64,000 nt of DNA, taken from an uncultured Methanosarcinales archaeon (lineage in GTDB: Archaea > Nanobdellota > Nanobdellia > Woesearchaeales > DSVV01). The notes under the pieces were generated by a model that saw only the letters and a list, made by a program, of their open reading frames with translations, searched no databases and was not told the origin of the DNA. The position numbers and the translations under genes are program-made. Below, in pieces: positions 36,959-45,575 of this stretch; position 1 is the stretch's first letter, and each line of letters begins with the position of its first letter. The stretch is taken from the NCBI GenBank assembly GCA_964452935.1, contig CAYVNO010000001.1, positions 25,537-89,536 on the forward strand, in the 5' to 3' direction.

Positions 36959-38068
36959 ATTACGTTAGCTAAATACTTACAGTGCTTTAAATGTAAAAAG
37001 ACTTATTCTCCTTATCAGATTATTTTTCAGTGCGAAGAATGTGGTGGGCCTTTAGATGTTTATTATGATTATCATAAGATTAGTAAGAATATTGTAAAGA
37101 ATTTATTTATTAGAGAACAGATAAGGCATTGGAAATATTGGCCTTTTTTCCCTGTCAGTGATTTAGATAAAGCAATTTCAATGAATGAAGGAGGAACACC
37201 GTTAATTCAATCAAATGATGAGAAGAATTTTATGTTTAAGTATGAAGGAGTTAATCCTACCTGTTCTTTTAAGGATAGGGGAAGTGCTGTTGAGATTAGT
37301 AAGGCAAAAGAGTTTGGTGTTAAGGAAGTAGTTTGTGCTTCAACTGGTAATATGGGTGCTTCTGTTGCTGCGTATTGTGCGAGAGCAGGTATTAAAGCAA
37401 CAATTTATGTTCCAAAGTTTGCTCCAAGACCTAAAGTTCATCAGATAAAAATGATGGGTGCAAGGGTGATGATAGTTAATGGTAGTTATGAAGATGCTCT
37501 GAATATGACAAAGAAATTGAATGAGAAAAGAGGAATTTATTTAGTGGGGGATTATCCTTATAGGGAAGAGGGAGAGAAGAGTGTTACTTTTGAAATATTA
37601 GATCAGTTAAATTTTATTCCTCCGAAGTATATTGTTTACCCAATGGGAAATGCTGTTTTAATTGCAGCTGCTTACAAGGCTTGTATGGAGTTTAAAGAGG
37701 TAGGTTTGATAAGAAAAATGCCTAAATTAGTTGGTATTCAAGCTGAAGGTTGTAGGCCACTTGTTAATGCGTTTAAGACTGGTGTTTTAAGTCAACAAAT
37801 TAATACTCATACTATCGCTACTGCTATTGACTGTGGAAATCCTACTAATGGTTTAGAGGCGTTAGATGGCATGGAGAAAACAAAAGGAATTGCTGAGTTT
37901 GTTACAGACAGAGAGATTATTTCAGCTTTGAAGAAGTTAGGTAAACAAGGGATTTATGTTGAACCTGCTGGTGCTGTTTCTTATGCAGGAGCAATGAAGT
38001 TAGGTTTAGAAGGGAAAACAGTTTGTGTTTTAACAGGACATGGTTTAAAAGATTCTAGATTGTTTTAG
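36959..38068 (+). CDS. thrC: Threonine synthase (archaeal type, with an N-terminal zinc ribbon). It apparently lacks a canonical start codon, and AUU at 36959 is the candidate start
   Basis: The ORF-track CDS 37181-38068 contains SFKDRG, the PLP-Lys motif. The frame is open upstream to a TAA at 36956-58 and encodes LQCFKCKKTYSPYQIIFQCEECGGPLDVYYDY, the Cys4 ribbon typical of archaeal ThrC N-termini. No ATG/GTG/TTG lies in that extension. An AGAGGTGA SD lies 6 nt upstream of ATT at 36959. Confidence 0.7.
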   Translation: MTLAKYLQCFKCKKTYSPYQIIFQCEECGGPLDVYYDYHKISKNIVKNLFIREQIRHWKYWPFFPVSDLDKAISMNEGGTPLIQSNDEKNFMFKYEGVNPTCSFKDRGSAVEISKAKEFGVKEVVCASTGNMGASVAAYCARAGIKATIYVPKFAPRPKVHQIKMMGARVMIVNGSYEDALNMTKKLNEKRGIYLVGDYPYREEGEKSVTFEILDQLNFIPPKYIVYPMGNAVLIAAAYKACMEFKEVGLIRKMPKLVGIQAEGCRPLVNAFKTGVLSQQINTHTIATAIDCGNPTNGLEALDGMEKTKGIAEFVTDREIISALKKLGKQGIYVEPAGAVSYAGAMKLGLEGKTVCVLTGHGLKDSRLF

Positions 38069-38073
38069 TGTAA

Positions 38074-38775
38074 TCATGTTGCTCTTTCATCTATAAGGAA
38101 TCTACATCTTCTTTCATGAAGTTCTAAAATAGTTTTGCTGCCTAGTTCTGGCATATTTCTGTCTAACCATGTTCTATATAGTCCTGTTAGCTTATTCTTA
38201 TACTCGTCTGGTTGCATATACCAGATATTAGTGCATCTTGCGGGATGTAACATGCAATCAACATAATTGCCTAAGCCTCCTAGGGCAATGCTGAGATATG
38301 TCTCAATCAGTTTTTCTTTGGTTATTTTTGCTTCTCTTAATCTATCAAGAGCAAATTCATGTGCCTCCATTTCATCATTTAATGTATCACTCATTTCTTC
38401 AAAACAACATTTTACACTAGGGTCTACGACTTTACTACGAGCGGTCCATCTGTCGTATAGGTATTGATATTCATTGTGTGCATGTCCAATTTCATGAAGT
38501 GCATCTGAAAGCCATTCAAGATAGGCTGTTGCATGGTAACCTGGGTATCTTTCTTCTATCTCTTCTCTATATTCTGGTACTTCAGTAACTCTAACTCGAT
38601 CATGCGAGAAATTTGCGCCAAAATTATCAGCTACTTCCACCCACCATCTCTCTGAAAGATGTTCTAACTGGTTTGTACCATTTATCTTGATAGCATCTAT
38701 ACAACCAGTGGTAGCACATAATGTAATGGCTATCTCACCTATTCCTTCTATTGTGAATTGTTCAGGATTTCTCAT
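38074..38775 (-). CDS. Putative zinc metallopeptidase (HExxH), hypothetical
   Basis: HEIGHAHNEY is a HExxH motif. Composition is atypical (higher GC, with W/R/Y-rich stretches). Confidence 0.35.
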   Translation of the reverse strand: MRNPEQFTIEGIGEIAITLCATTGCIDAIKINGTNQLEHLSERWWVEVADNFGANFSHDRVRVTEVPEYREEIEERYPGYHATAYLEWLSDALHEIGHAHNEYQYLYDRWTARSKVVDPSVKCCFEEMSDTLNDEMEAHEFALDRLREAKITKEKLIETYLSIALGGLGNYVDCMLHPARCTNIWYMQPDEYKNKLTGLYRTWLDRNMPELGSKTILELHERRCRFLIDERAT

Positions 38776-38822
38776 CTAAGCAAGGAAATGAGGCACTTTT
38801 TATAAATATTGAGAAGTTGTTT

Positions 38823-39683
38823 TTAAAGTACTTTGGCATTTTTTAGTGTATACAAGCTCAATCCTAATTCTACTAGCATGAATCCTGTTGTTACAATTAC
38901 TAATGTTGGTGACAATGTGTCCCAGAGCATTACTATTAATATTATTGCGAATAGGTAGAATATCCATCTTAAAATTATTGCATGAACAATTGTTTTTTGT
39001 TTGAAGTCTTTTCTGTGTCTTTGTGTTTTCTTTTTTAGTGTGTAGATGAAGAGTAGTATTGTTATTATGAAGAAAATTATTAATGCATAAATATCATATT
39101 CTTTTTGGAAATTGAGTAATGCTCTTGGTATTACTAAAAGATTCATTATGATTGCAAATATTATGTATGATATTGGAATGATTGAGATGTACTTTATTAT
39201 TTTATTTTTTATTGGTAGATATTCATATGTTGTTAGAAAACATAGTGTTACAAGATACCATGCGATAAAGTTTAATGCAGGCACTCCGAAGAATCCTTCT
39301 GTTGGTAAATAACCAATCCATGTCCAGTAACCTATTTTTACAGCAAATGGATCTATTGCGAAATCTATTAGAACTGCTAATAAGGGAGTTAAAAATAATC
39401 TTTGTAGTTTTGTTTTTGTTAGTTTTGTTGCAATAAGATATGATATAAATATTATCATTCCCCATGCGAGGATTACAAATAAGGGTGTTTTGTAGATTAA
39501 TAAGAAAGATGTGTCATAAAAGTATCCTCCTTCAATGTTTTTGAATATTACTGCATGAATGTTTTCAAAGATTACTGCAAATAATGTTGCTAGAAGTAAT
39601 AAATCTAGTTTTTTTATTTTTTTAGCTGTGTAAATAGTTAATGAATATAGTATTAAGATTGTAAATTCTATTATTAGGTTCAT
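38823..39683 (-). CDS. Integral membrane protein (about 8 TM), hypothetical
   Basis: The protein is strongly hydrophobic and multi-TM. Confidence 0.4.
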   Translation of the reverse strand: MNLIIEFTILILYSLTIYTAKKIKKLDLLLLATLFAVIFENIHAVIFKNIEGGYFYDTSFLLIYKTPLFVILAWGMIIFISYLIATKLTKTKLQRLFLTPLLAVLIDFAIDPFAVKIGYWTWIGYLPTEGFFGVPALNFIAWYLVTLCFLTTYEYLPIKNKIIKYISIIPISYIIFAIIMNLLVIPRALLNFQKEYDIYALIIFFIITILLFIYTLKKKTQRHRKDFKQKTIVHAIILRWIFYLFAIILIVMLWDTLSPTLVIVTTGFMLVELGLSLYTLKNAKVL

Positions 39684-39715
39684 AGAGAATTATTTGTGTA
39701 ATTAGTATTTATAGT

Positions 39716-40855
39716 TTACTCTTTGAATTCTTTCCCTATCTCTTTATATGCGTCACGGAAGGGCATGCCTTTTTTAACTAATTCATATGCTTTTTCTGTT
39801 GCAAAGAGTTCTTTTGTCATAGCTTTTTGTAGAGAATCTTTGTTAATTTCTATGTTTTCAACTATTAAATTCATTATTTTTAAAGATTTGAGGGTTTCTT
39901 TGAATCCTTTGATTATTGGTTCTTTTGTTAGCTGGAAATCTCGGTTATAGCCTGTCATAAGGTTTGAGATAATGTTTTTTACTGTGAATTCATACCCTAG
40001 AACAACATTATATTTTGCACGAATTAGTTCTAAACAATCTTGGTTGTTTTTCTGCGGCATTATTGAGCTGCCTGTGCAGAACTCTTTAGGTATTTTTATG
40101 TAGTTAAATTCCTGCATTGAGAATAGTATTAAATCTGTTGAGAGTTTGTTTAGTGTTTGCATTATATTTGTTAGTGTGTGAAGTGTTTGCGCTTCAAACT
40201 TTCCACGTGAGTTTGCACAATAGATTGGATTGGATTGTGTCTTTGAGAAATTTAACTCTTTTGTTGTTATTTCTTTGTCAATGTTTAGATTTGTTCCGAA
40301 ACCAGCTGCACTTCCTAACGGGTTTTGATTTAAGATTGTTAATTGAGTGTCTATTAGTTTTAGATCATCTTCTAACATGTCTTTAAAACTTGATAACCAT
40401 GTTTTAATAGTGGTGGGCATTGCTTTTTGCATGTGCGTATAGCCAGGCATGGGTGTGTTGTCTTCTTTTTCTAGTGTTTTAATTAGTGTTTTTGTTAATT
40501 CTTTTGTTTCTTTTAGTTTATCTATTATGTAAAGTCTTAGTGCTGTCATTACCTGATCATTTCGAGAACGTCCTGTGTGTATTTTTTTGCCTATTTCTCC
40601 TAAATAATTTTCAATTGCTGTATGACAGTCTTCGTCTGACTGTTTTATTTCAATGTTTGCTTCTGAAAGTTTTGTTTTTATTTCTGTTAACTCTTCATCT
40701 GTTAGGATTCCAATTTTATTTAGCATTTTTGCATGAGCGATTGAGGCTTTTATGTCGTATTTTATGAGTTCTTTGTCTAGTTTGTAGTCGTTTCCTACTG
40801 TGAATTCTTCTATTTCTTTGTTTATGTTATTTCCTTTATCCCAAAGTTTTGTCAT
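39716..40855 (-). CDS. argH: Argininosuccinate lyase
   Basis: GRSRNDQV and [12 protein letters not shown] are fumarate-lyase family signatures, and the protein has overall ASL similarity. The gene overlaps argG by 4 nt. Confidence 0.85.
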   Translation of the reverse strand: MTKLWDKGNNINKEIEEFTVGNDYKLDKELIKYDIKASIAHAKMLNKIGILTDEELTEIKTKLSEANIEIKQSDEDCHTAIENYLGEIGKKIHTGRSRNDQVMTALRLYIIDKLKETKELTKTLIKTLEKEDNTPMPGYTHMQKAMPTTIKTWLSSFKDMLEDDLKLIDTQLTILNQNPLGSAAGFGTNLNIDKEITTKELNFSKTQSNPIYCANSRGKFEAQTLHTLTNIMQTLNKLSTDLILFSMQEFNYIKIPKEFCTGSSIMPQKNNQDCLELIRAKYNVVLGYEFTVKNIISNLMTGYNRDFQLTKEPIIKGFKETLKSLKIMNLIVENIEINKDSLQKAMTKELFATEKAYELVKKGMPFRDAYKEIGKEFKE

Positions 40856-42105
40856 TTTTCTAATGCCTCATCTATTCCAATGTCTCGTTTGTCTAAAAGG
40901 ACGTTATGTGCTTTTAGTCGTATTGCGTTTAGTTTAATGAATCCCTTTGCATCTGTTTGATCATATCCTCCTTCCATGTCCATACTTCCTAATTCTTGGT
41001 CATATAATGATGTTGGTGATATTCGTGCAATTGGTGTTACGTTTCCTTTGTATAAACTCAATGTTACTATACCATCTATTAGTTTTTGGCTTTGGTTGAA
41101 TGCTGCCATTAGGAAGTCCATTTCTGGAGAAAACCAGTAGCCGTTATAGATCAGTTCTGAAAATTTTGGTGCAAGGCTGTTTTTCATGTGCATTACTTCT
41201 CGGTCCATTGCAATCCCTTCGATATCTTTGTGAGCTGCCCAGAGAATTGTTGCACCAGGTGTTTCATAAACTCCTCGTGATTTGATTCCTAGATAACGAT
41301 TTTCTACCATGTCTATACGTCCTATTCCGTTTTCACTTCCTAGTTTGTTTAAGTATGTGAAAAGTTCTAATGGATCTGTTTTTATTGTGTTGTTGTGTTC
41401 AATTTTTATTGGTAGGCCATCTTTGAAATGTATTTTTATAATTGTTTCTTTGTCTGGAGCGTTTTTTGGAGAATTTGTTTTTGAGTATACACTTTCATCT
41501 GCTGTTTTATTTGGATCTTCTAGAATCCCAGCTTCATGGCTTATATGCATTAAATTATCATCTTCGCTAAATGGTTTTTTTAATGAGGCTTTTACTGGAA
41601 TGTTTTTTTCTTTTGCATAGTTGATCATATCTGTACGTCCTTTGAATTTATCCAGGAATTCTTTATCTTTCCATGGCGAAATAACTTTTATTTCTGGAGA
41701 TAGTGCGAAATAGGCCATTTCAAAACGTACTTGATCGTTTCCTTTTCCTGTTGCACCATGTGAAACATATTCTGCGTTTTCTTTTTTTGCAACTTCGATC
41801 TGATATTTTGAGATTATTGGTCTTGCTATTGCTGTACCTAGTAAATAAGTTCCTTCGTATAATGCGTTTCCTTTCATTGCTTGGAAGATGTAGTTAGTTA
41901 CAAACTCTTTTTTTAGATCTTTTATGTAAACTTTTGACGCTCCGATTGCTAATGCTTTGTTCTTTGCTTCTTCAAAATCTTCATCTTGTCCAACGTCAGC
42001 TATGTATGCTATTACTTCATAGCCTTTTTCTAATAGCCATTTGAGTATTACGCTTGTGTCTAATCCGCCTGAATATGCTAATACAACTTTCATGATTTTC
42101 ACCAA
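40852..42105 (-). CDS. argG: Argininosuccinate synthase
   Basis: [13 protein letters not shown] is the PP-loop, and ASS motifs are present throughout. Confidence 0.9.
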   Translation of the reverse strand: MVKIMKVVLAYSGGLDTSVILKWLLEKGYEVIAYIADVGQDEDFEEAKNKALAIGASKVYIKDLKKEFVTNYIFQAMKGNALYEGTYLLGTAIARPIISKYQIEVAKKENAEYVSHGATGKGNDQVRFEMAYFALSPEIKVISPWKDKEFLDKFKGRTDMINYAKEKNIPVKASLKKPFSEDDNLMHISHEAGILEDPNKTADESVYSKTNSPKNAPDKETIIKIHFKDGLPIKIEHNNTIKTDPLELFTYLNKLGSENGIGRIDMVENRYLGIKSRGVYETPGATILWAAHKDIEGIAMDREVMHMKNSLAPKFSELIYNGYWFSPEMDFLMAAFNQSQKLIDGIVTLSLYKGNVTPIARISPTSLYDQELGSMDMEGGYDQTDAKGFIKLNAIRLKAHNVLLDKRDIGIDEALEK

Positions 42106-42247
42106 TTCTAAGGATGAGTTTGTGCTTTTTATACTTATTGACCTGCTTTAGACTTAATTGGACATTAATGTCCGAAACAGAACATTTATATATTAGTTGA
42201 ATGTTATATTATGTATGAACATAGCAAAAGAGACTGAATGTTATATT

Positions 42248-42844
42248 ATGGATAGGCCTAGTATTAAGGATTGTGTTAAAAAAGACATGATAAATTACTC
42301 TAAATTAGCTAGAGCTGTGATTAGGGATTGTGGCATGGATGAGAAAGATTTTGATGCTGTGTTGATAGCTTGTAGAAGGGTTAGGGATAAGTTGAGTAAG
42401 GAAAAGAGTTTTGAGAAGCCGATTATTGATTTATTGAAGAAAAGTAAGGTAGAGATAAAGAATAAGATGATTGTGGGGATTGTTGAGAGATCTGTTAATT
42501 TTGATTTATTGGTTGAGATTGGGAAGGAGATTAAGAAACAGAAAGAGATATTACATCTGGTTGAAGGAACTAGTACATTTACTTTAATTACATCTGAAGA
42601 GTTTGAAGATTTGTTGAAGAATAATCTTGGTAGTAAACTAATAAAGATTGAGAAGAATTTGGTTGAGATAGTTATAAAGAGTTCTGAGGAGTTAGAGAGT
42701 ACACCTGGTGTTGTTGCTTACCTTTATTCTTTGTTTGGAGAATATGGAATCAATATTGCAGAAACCACAAGTTGTTGGACAGATACAATCTTTGTGATTG
42801 AAAAGAAATATTTGAGTAAAGCAGTTGAAGTGCTGAAGTTTTAG
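42248..42844 (+). CDS. Hypothetical protein with a C-terminal ACT-like domain
   Basis: C-terminal TPGVVAYLYSLFGEYGINIAETTSCWTDTIFVIEKKYLSKAVEVL resembles an ACT fold. The gene is adjacent to arg genes. The start is taken at MDRPSIKD. Confidence 0.3.
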   Translation: MDRPSIKDCVKKDMINYSKLARAVIRDCGMDEKDFDAVLIACRRVRDKLSKEKSFEKPIIDLLKKSKVEIKNKMIVGIVERSVNFDLLVEIGKEIKKQKEILHLVEGTSTFTLITSEEFEDLLKNNLGSKLIKIEKNLVEIVIKSSEELESTPGVVAYLYSLFGEYGINIAETTSCWTDTIFVIEKKYLSKAVEVLKF

Positions 42845-43440
42845 TAAACCGGTTTCAAAATAAAGAAAACAATCCACATTATTATAACAATTAGAATTAA
42901 TATTATTGTAGCTAACCATAGTCCTGGTGTTTTCATTACTGCAGGGCATGTTCTAAAATCATTCCAGGTATCTTTAAACACATTCTTTCCGTATGTTAGC
43001 CATGAAAATAAGAATATTCCAAAGTTGATTCCGTACATGAACACACAATACAAACAAAACACACCCAAAACAAATTTACAAATATAAAATAAGAATATTG
43101 AGTATAACACGCTAAAACAACCGATAACAAAGACATATCTTAACATAACTTTTCTTAAATCTTTGCCAAATACTGCGATAAATGTCATTAAAAATACTAA
43201 TGTGTATGTTATTAATCCTAAGAATGCTATTGGTATCCCAAACATTTCAGAGTATGAGCTAGTGTTTACTGCGTCACAATTAAATATCTCAGAAACATTG
43301 CAGTTAGATGGTGTGCCATCATAGTCTGGGCTTAATAGATAATAATGAAGTTTAGTCAGAGAATAACCAAAATACATGCCAGATAAGGCTAGAATCAGTA
43401 TAAGAACCATAAATGTGTAATTTAAGTATTTGTTTTTCAT
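42841..43440 (-). CDS. Vitamin K epoxide reductase (VKOR) family membrane protein
   Basis: Loop Cys pair CNVSEIFNC and the active-site CLYC (CxxC) sit within a 4-5 TM scaffold. The start is taken at MKNKYLN. Confidence 0.55.
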   Translation of the reverse strand: MKNKYLNYTFMVLILILALSGMYFGYSLTKLHYYLLSPDYDGTPSNCNVSEIFNCDAVNTSSYSEMFGIPIAFLGLITYTLVFLMTFIAVFGKDLRKVMLRYVFVIGCFSVLYSIFLFYICKFVLGVFCLYCVFMYGINFGIFLFSWLTYGKNVFKDTWNDFRTCPAVMKTPGLWLATIILILIVIIMWIVFFILKPVY

Positions 43441-43694
43441 TATATCATCTCTAAAGCAGAGACAATGTTCCATATCTGTGTTCTTGTATATGCTTGCATG
43501 TTTGTGTCATCTGATAGTTCGTCAAGAACATTCAATGCTTTATTTACTCTCATTGATACTTCTGATTCTTCTTTTAGTGTTTTTATGACTTCTTCTATCT
43601 TTGATTTAACATTCTTTGGTACTGTGTTATCCTCTTGTAGTTCTTTTAGAGAGTCAATTATGTTCTTCATGTTTTCTTCTGTCATTTTAATCAT
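43440..43694 (-). CDS. UPF0147 family protein
   Basis: ...TVPKNVKSKIEEVIKTLKEE...SMRVNKALNVLDELSDDTNMQAYTRTQIWNIVSALE matches the conserved UPF0147 pattern. Confidence 0.65.
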   Translation of the reverse strand: MIKMTEENMKNIIDSLKELQEDNTVPKNVKSKIEEVIKTLKEESEVSMRVNKALNVLDELSDDTNMQAYTRTQIWNIVSALEMI

Positions 43695-44021
43695 TTCTTT
43701 TCTTTCTTTTCCATCTCTGTCATTACTTCTTTTCTAAGGCCTTCAGCTTTTTCTTTTAGGCTGTTTTCTTGTTTTTCGAATGTTTTAACTCTTATTTCTG
43801 TCATCTCTTTTTTAGATGTTAAATCCTTTTCTAGGTCCTCTTTTGAAGATGAGACCATTATGTTGCCAACTATTTTGTATGCTTTTTCTGTCTTTTATCT
43901 CTTTAAGAGCAGAATCAATTTCCATTAATTGCATTTGGAATTGTTGTTTCTGAGATAATGTTTGTTGCATATTTTGTTCAATCATTTGCAACTGTTGCAT
44001 TTTTTCTTCAGTATTTTTCAT
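43691..44021 (-). pseudogene. pfdB: Prefoldin beta subunit gene interrupted by a single-nucleotide frameshift in an A5 run
   Basis: N-terminal frame MKNTEEKMQQLQMIEQNMQQTLSQKQQFQMQLMEIDSALKEIKD matches PfdB. After the AAAAA run (plus strand TTTTT 43883-43887), the +1 frame encodes KAYKIVGNIMVSSSKEDLEKDLTSKKEMTEIRVKTFEKQENSLKEKAEGLRKEV..., the PfdB C-terminus. It ends with a TGA overlapping the UPF0147 ATG. Confidence 0.7.
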
Positions 44022-44022
44022 T

Positions 44023-44253
44023 TTACCTACCTCCGGCTTTGGTGTATGTGGTTAATAATTTTGTTATTGAATTTAATGTTGCCCTTAGGGCTGTTGAGTC
44101 TTCAGCAGTTATTTTGAATATTATCTTTTTACTATCTTTTTTCATTACTGTTTTAGATCTTTTGTTTTGTAACGATATAATCTCTGGTTTCAATGCTTTT
44201 GATAAGAGATTAACATTAATATCTTTAACTTCGATTGTTGTAGTTAACTTCAT
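44023..44253 (-). CDS. pcc1: KEOPS complex subunit Pcc1-like
   Basis: ...ITAEDSTALRATLNSITKLL matches the Pcc1 signature A.D..ALRA.LNS. The protein is small (76 aa) and sits in the exosome-superoperon neighbourhood. Confidence 0.55.
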   Translation of the reverse strand: MKLTTTIEVKDINVNLLSKALKPEIISLQNKRSKTVMKKDSKKIIFKITAEDSTALRATLNSITKLLTTYTKAGGR

Positions 44254-44387
44254 CTTGCTTTGACTTTAGTAGTAGTAGTTCTAGGTTTGAAAAGCATTTT
44301 TGAACCACAGTAAGGGCATCTAATCTTTTTTCTTAAATAATCTTCTCCAACATTCTTGTTACAGTTAAAGCATTTATATTCAACCAT
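44250..44387 (-). CDS. rpoP: DNA-directed RNA polymerase subunit P (Rpo12/RPC10)
   Basis: This 45-aa ORF was not in the track. MVEYKCFNCNKNVGEDYLRKKIRCPYCGSKMLFKPRTTTTKVKAR contains CxxC...CxxC. It overlaps pcc1 by ATGA. Confidence 0.75.
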   Translation of the reverse strand: MVEYKCFNCNKNVGEDYLRKKIRCPYCGSKMLFKPRTTTTKVKAR

Positions 44388-44389
44388 TT

Positions 44390-44653
44390 TTATTCACCAG
44401 ATTTTTCTTTTTTTGCAACTACTTTTTTTGTCTTCTTTTTGCTAATTGTGTAAGCTTTTGCTGTAAACTTTGAGTCGCACTTGGAACAGTTCCAGATTCC
44501 TGCAGCCAATCTTTTTATTCCATTTATTTTGTTACAATAAGGACATTTATGTTTTTTCTTTTGTTCTTTTTCAACTATTTCTAACTTGTTTCTAATTCTT
44601 CTACCATATCTTGATCCAAATCTTTTTGTTGATCCTAATCTTTTCTTTGCCAT
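44390..44653 (-). CDS. rpl37ae: 50S ribosomal protein L37ae (eL43)
   Basis: MAKKRLGSTKRFGSRYGRRIRNKLEIVEKEQKKKHKCPYCNKINGIKRLAAGIWNCSKCDSKFTAKAYTI. The ORF-track N-terminal extension is read-through across the tRNA. The true start at 44653 has an AAGGTGA SD. Confidence 0.85.
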   Translation of the reverse strand: MAKKRLGSTKRFGSRYGRRIRNKLEIVEKEQKKKHKCPYCNKINGIKRLAAGIWNCSKCDSKFTAKAYTISKKKTKKVVAKKEKSGE

Positions 44654-44681
44654 TTGATTCACCTTATGATTCCGTATAATA

Positions 44682-44778
44682 TGGGGCTGCCCGGACATTC
44701 GTTGCTTTTTAAGCGATTTCGAACCGGGGTTACCTGGTCCCAAACCAGGAAGGATAGACCAAACTACCCTACAGCCCC
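44682..44778 (-). tRNA. tRNA-Pro (anticodon UGG) carrying a ~22-nt non-canonical insertion (intron) in the T-loop
   Basis: Manual fold gives acceptor GGGGCTG/CAGCCCC (7 bp), U8A9 and a D-arm GGGT-AGTTTGGTCT-ATCC. The anticodon stem is CCTGG/CCAGG with loop TTTGGGA (anticodon TGG, G37). The T-stem is CCCGG/CCGGG. The T-loop is 29 nt (TTCGAAATCGCTTAAAAAGCAACGAATGT) instead of 7. Removing ~22 nt between the repeated CGAA yields a canonical TTCGAAT. The gene is GC-rich against an AT-rich background. Confidence 0.7.
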
Positions 44779-44864
44779 TTTGTAGTATTGGAGTCATTAG
44801 TGATGCTATTTAAAGCTTTCTCTTTATTTGTATATATAATTGCTTTATAAACCCCTTTTTGGGC

Positions 44865-45521
44865 TTATTCTGTCTCTGTTAGGTTTAGATACCCTTTATC
44901 ACTCCATATAAGAACTCCCCTATCATATAATTCCTTGATTACTGGGTCGCTTTTATTGATATTTGTTTTTGTTATACTTATGAGTTTTATGCTATCTATG
45001 TCTAATAATGGGGATAGATCTGTAACAGGTGTGCTACGGAAGCTGACTTCTTCTAGTTGTTGCATACATACTAGAACTGAGATATCTGATACTTTGGTTT
45101 TTGCTAGGTCTAGTGCTTTGAGATTTGTTAATCTACCAAGACATGATATGTTGTCTATTTTACTGAACCCATCTAATGATAGTCCTGTTAGCTCTGTCAT
45201 GTCCATTACCTGATATAATGCTTTGCTCCCTAATTGATTAGAAAGTCTTTTGAATTTATTATGGCTTGAGCTATATATAACTGGGCCGTAATGATGCAGC
45301 GTGCTATGGTTTCGTGTTACTGTTCTTATTTCTATTAAATGGTTAGTTTTGTTTTCGATATCTGTGATATTTATTGAGCATATATCGTACTTCTTACCAA
45401 AAATTATTTCAGAGAATTTAGGTGCCATAAATGATGCAAAACCTGCTATTATTAAGGAGAATATTAATGCTAGAACAGCTATAATAATAAGTATTATTCT
45501 GAATTTAGCTTTTTTATCCAT
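44865..45521 (-). CDS. Leucine-rich repeat (LRR) protein with an N-terminal membrane anchor
   Basis: There is an N-terminal TM segment. LTGLSLDGFSKIDNISCLGRLTNLKALDLAKTKVSDISVL shows LxxLxLxxN-type repeats. Confidence 0.55.
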   Translation of the reverse strand: MDKKAKFRIILIIIAVLALIFSLIIAGFASFMAPKFSEIIFGKKYDICSINITDIENKTNHLIEIRTVTRNHSTLHHYGPVIYSSSHNKFKRLSNQLGSKALYQVMDMTELTGLSLDGFSKIDNISCLGRLTNLKALDLAKTKVSDISVLVCMQQLEEVSFRSTPVTDLSPLLDIDSIKLISITKTNINKSDPVIKELYDRGVLIWSDKGYLNLTETE

Positions 45522-45575
45522 ATTTTGAATATTGTTCTAGTAATATTTATAAAGATGCCTGTTTTTATGCTGGTT

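Noticed and set aside
44654-44797. N-terminal extension of the ORF annotated 44390-44797 (MTPILQRGCRVVWSILPGLGPGNPG...)
   Set aside because: The extension reads through the tRNA-Pro gene. The true L37ae start is the MAKKRL ATG at 44653, which has its own SD.
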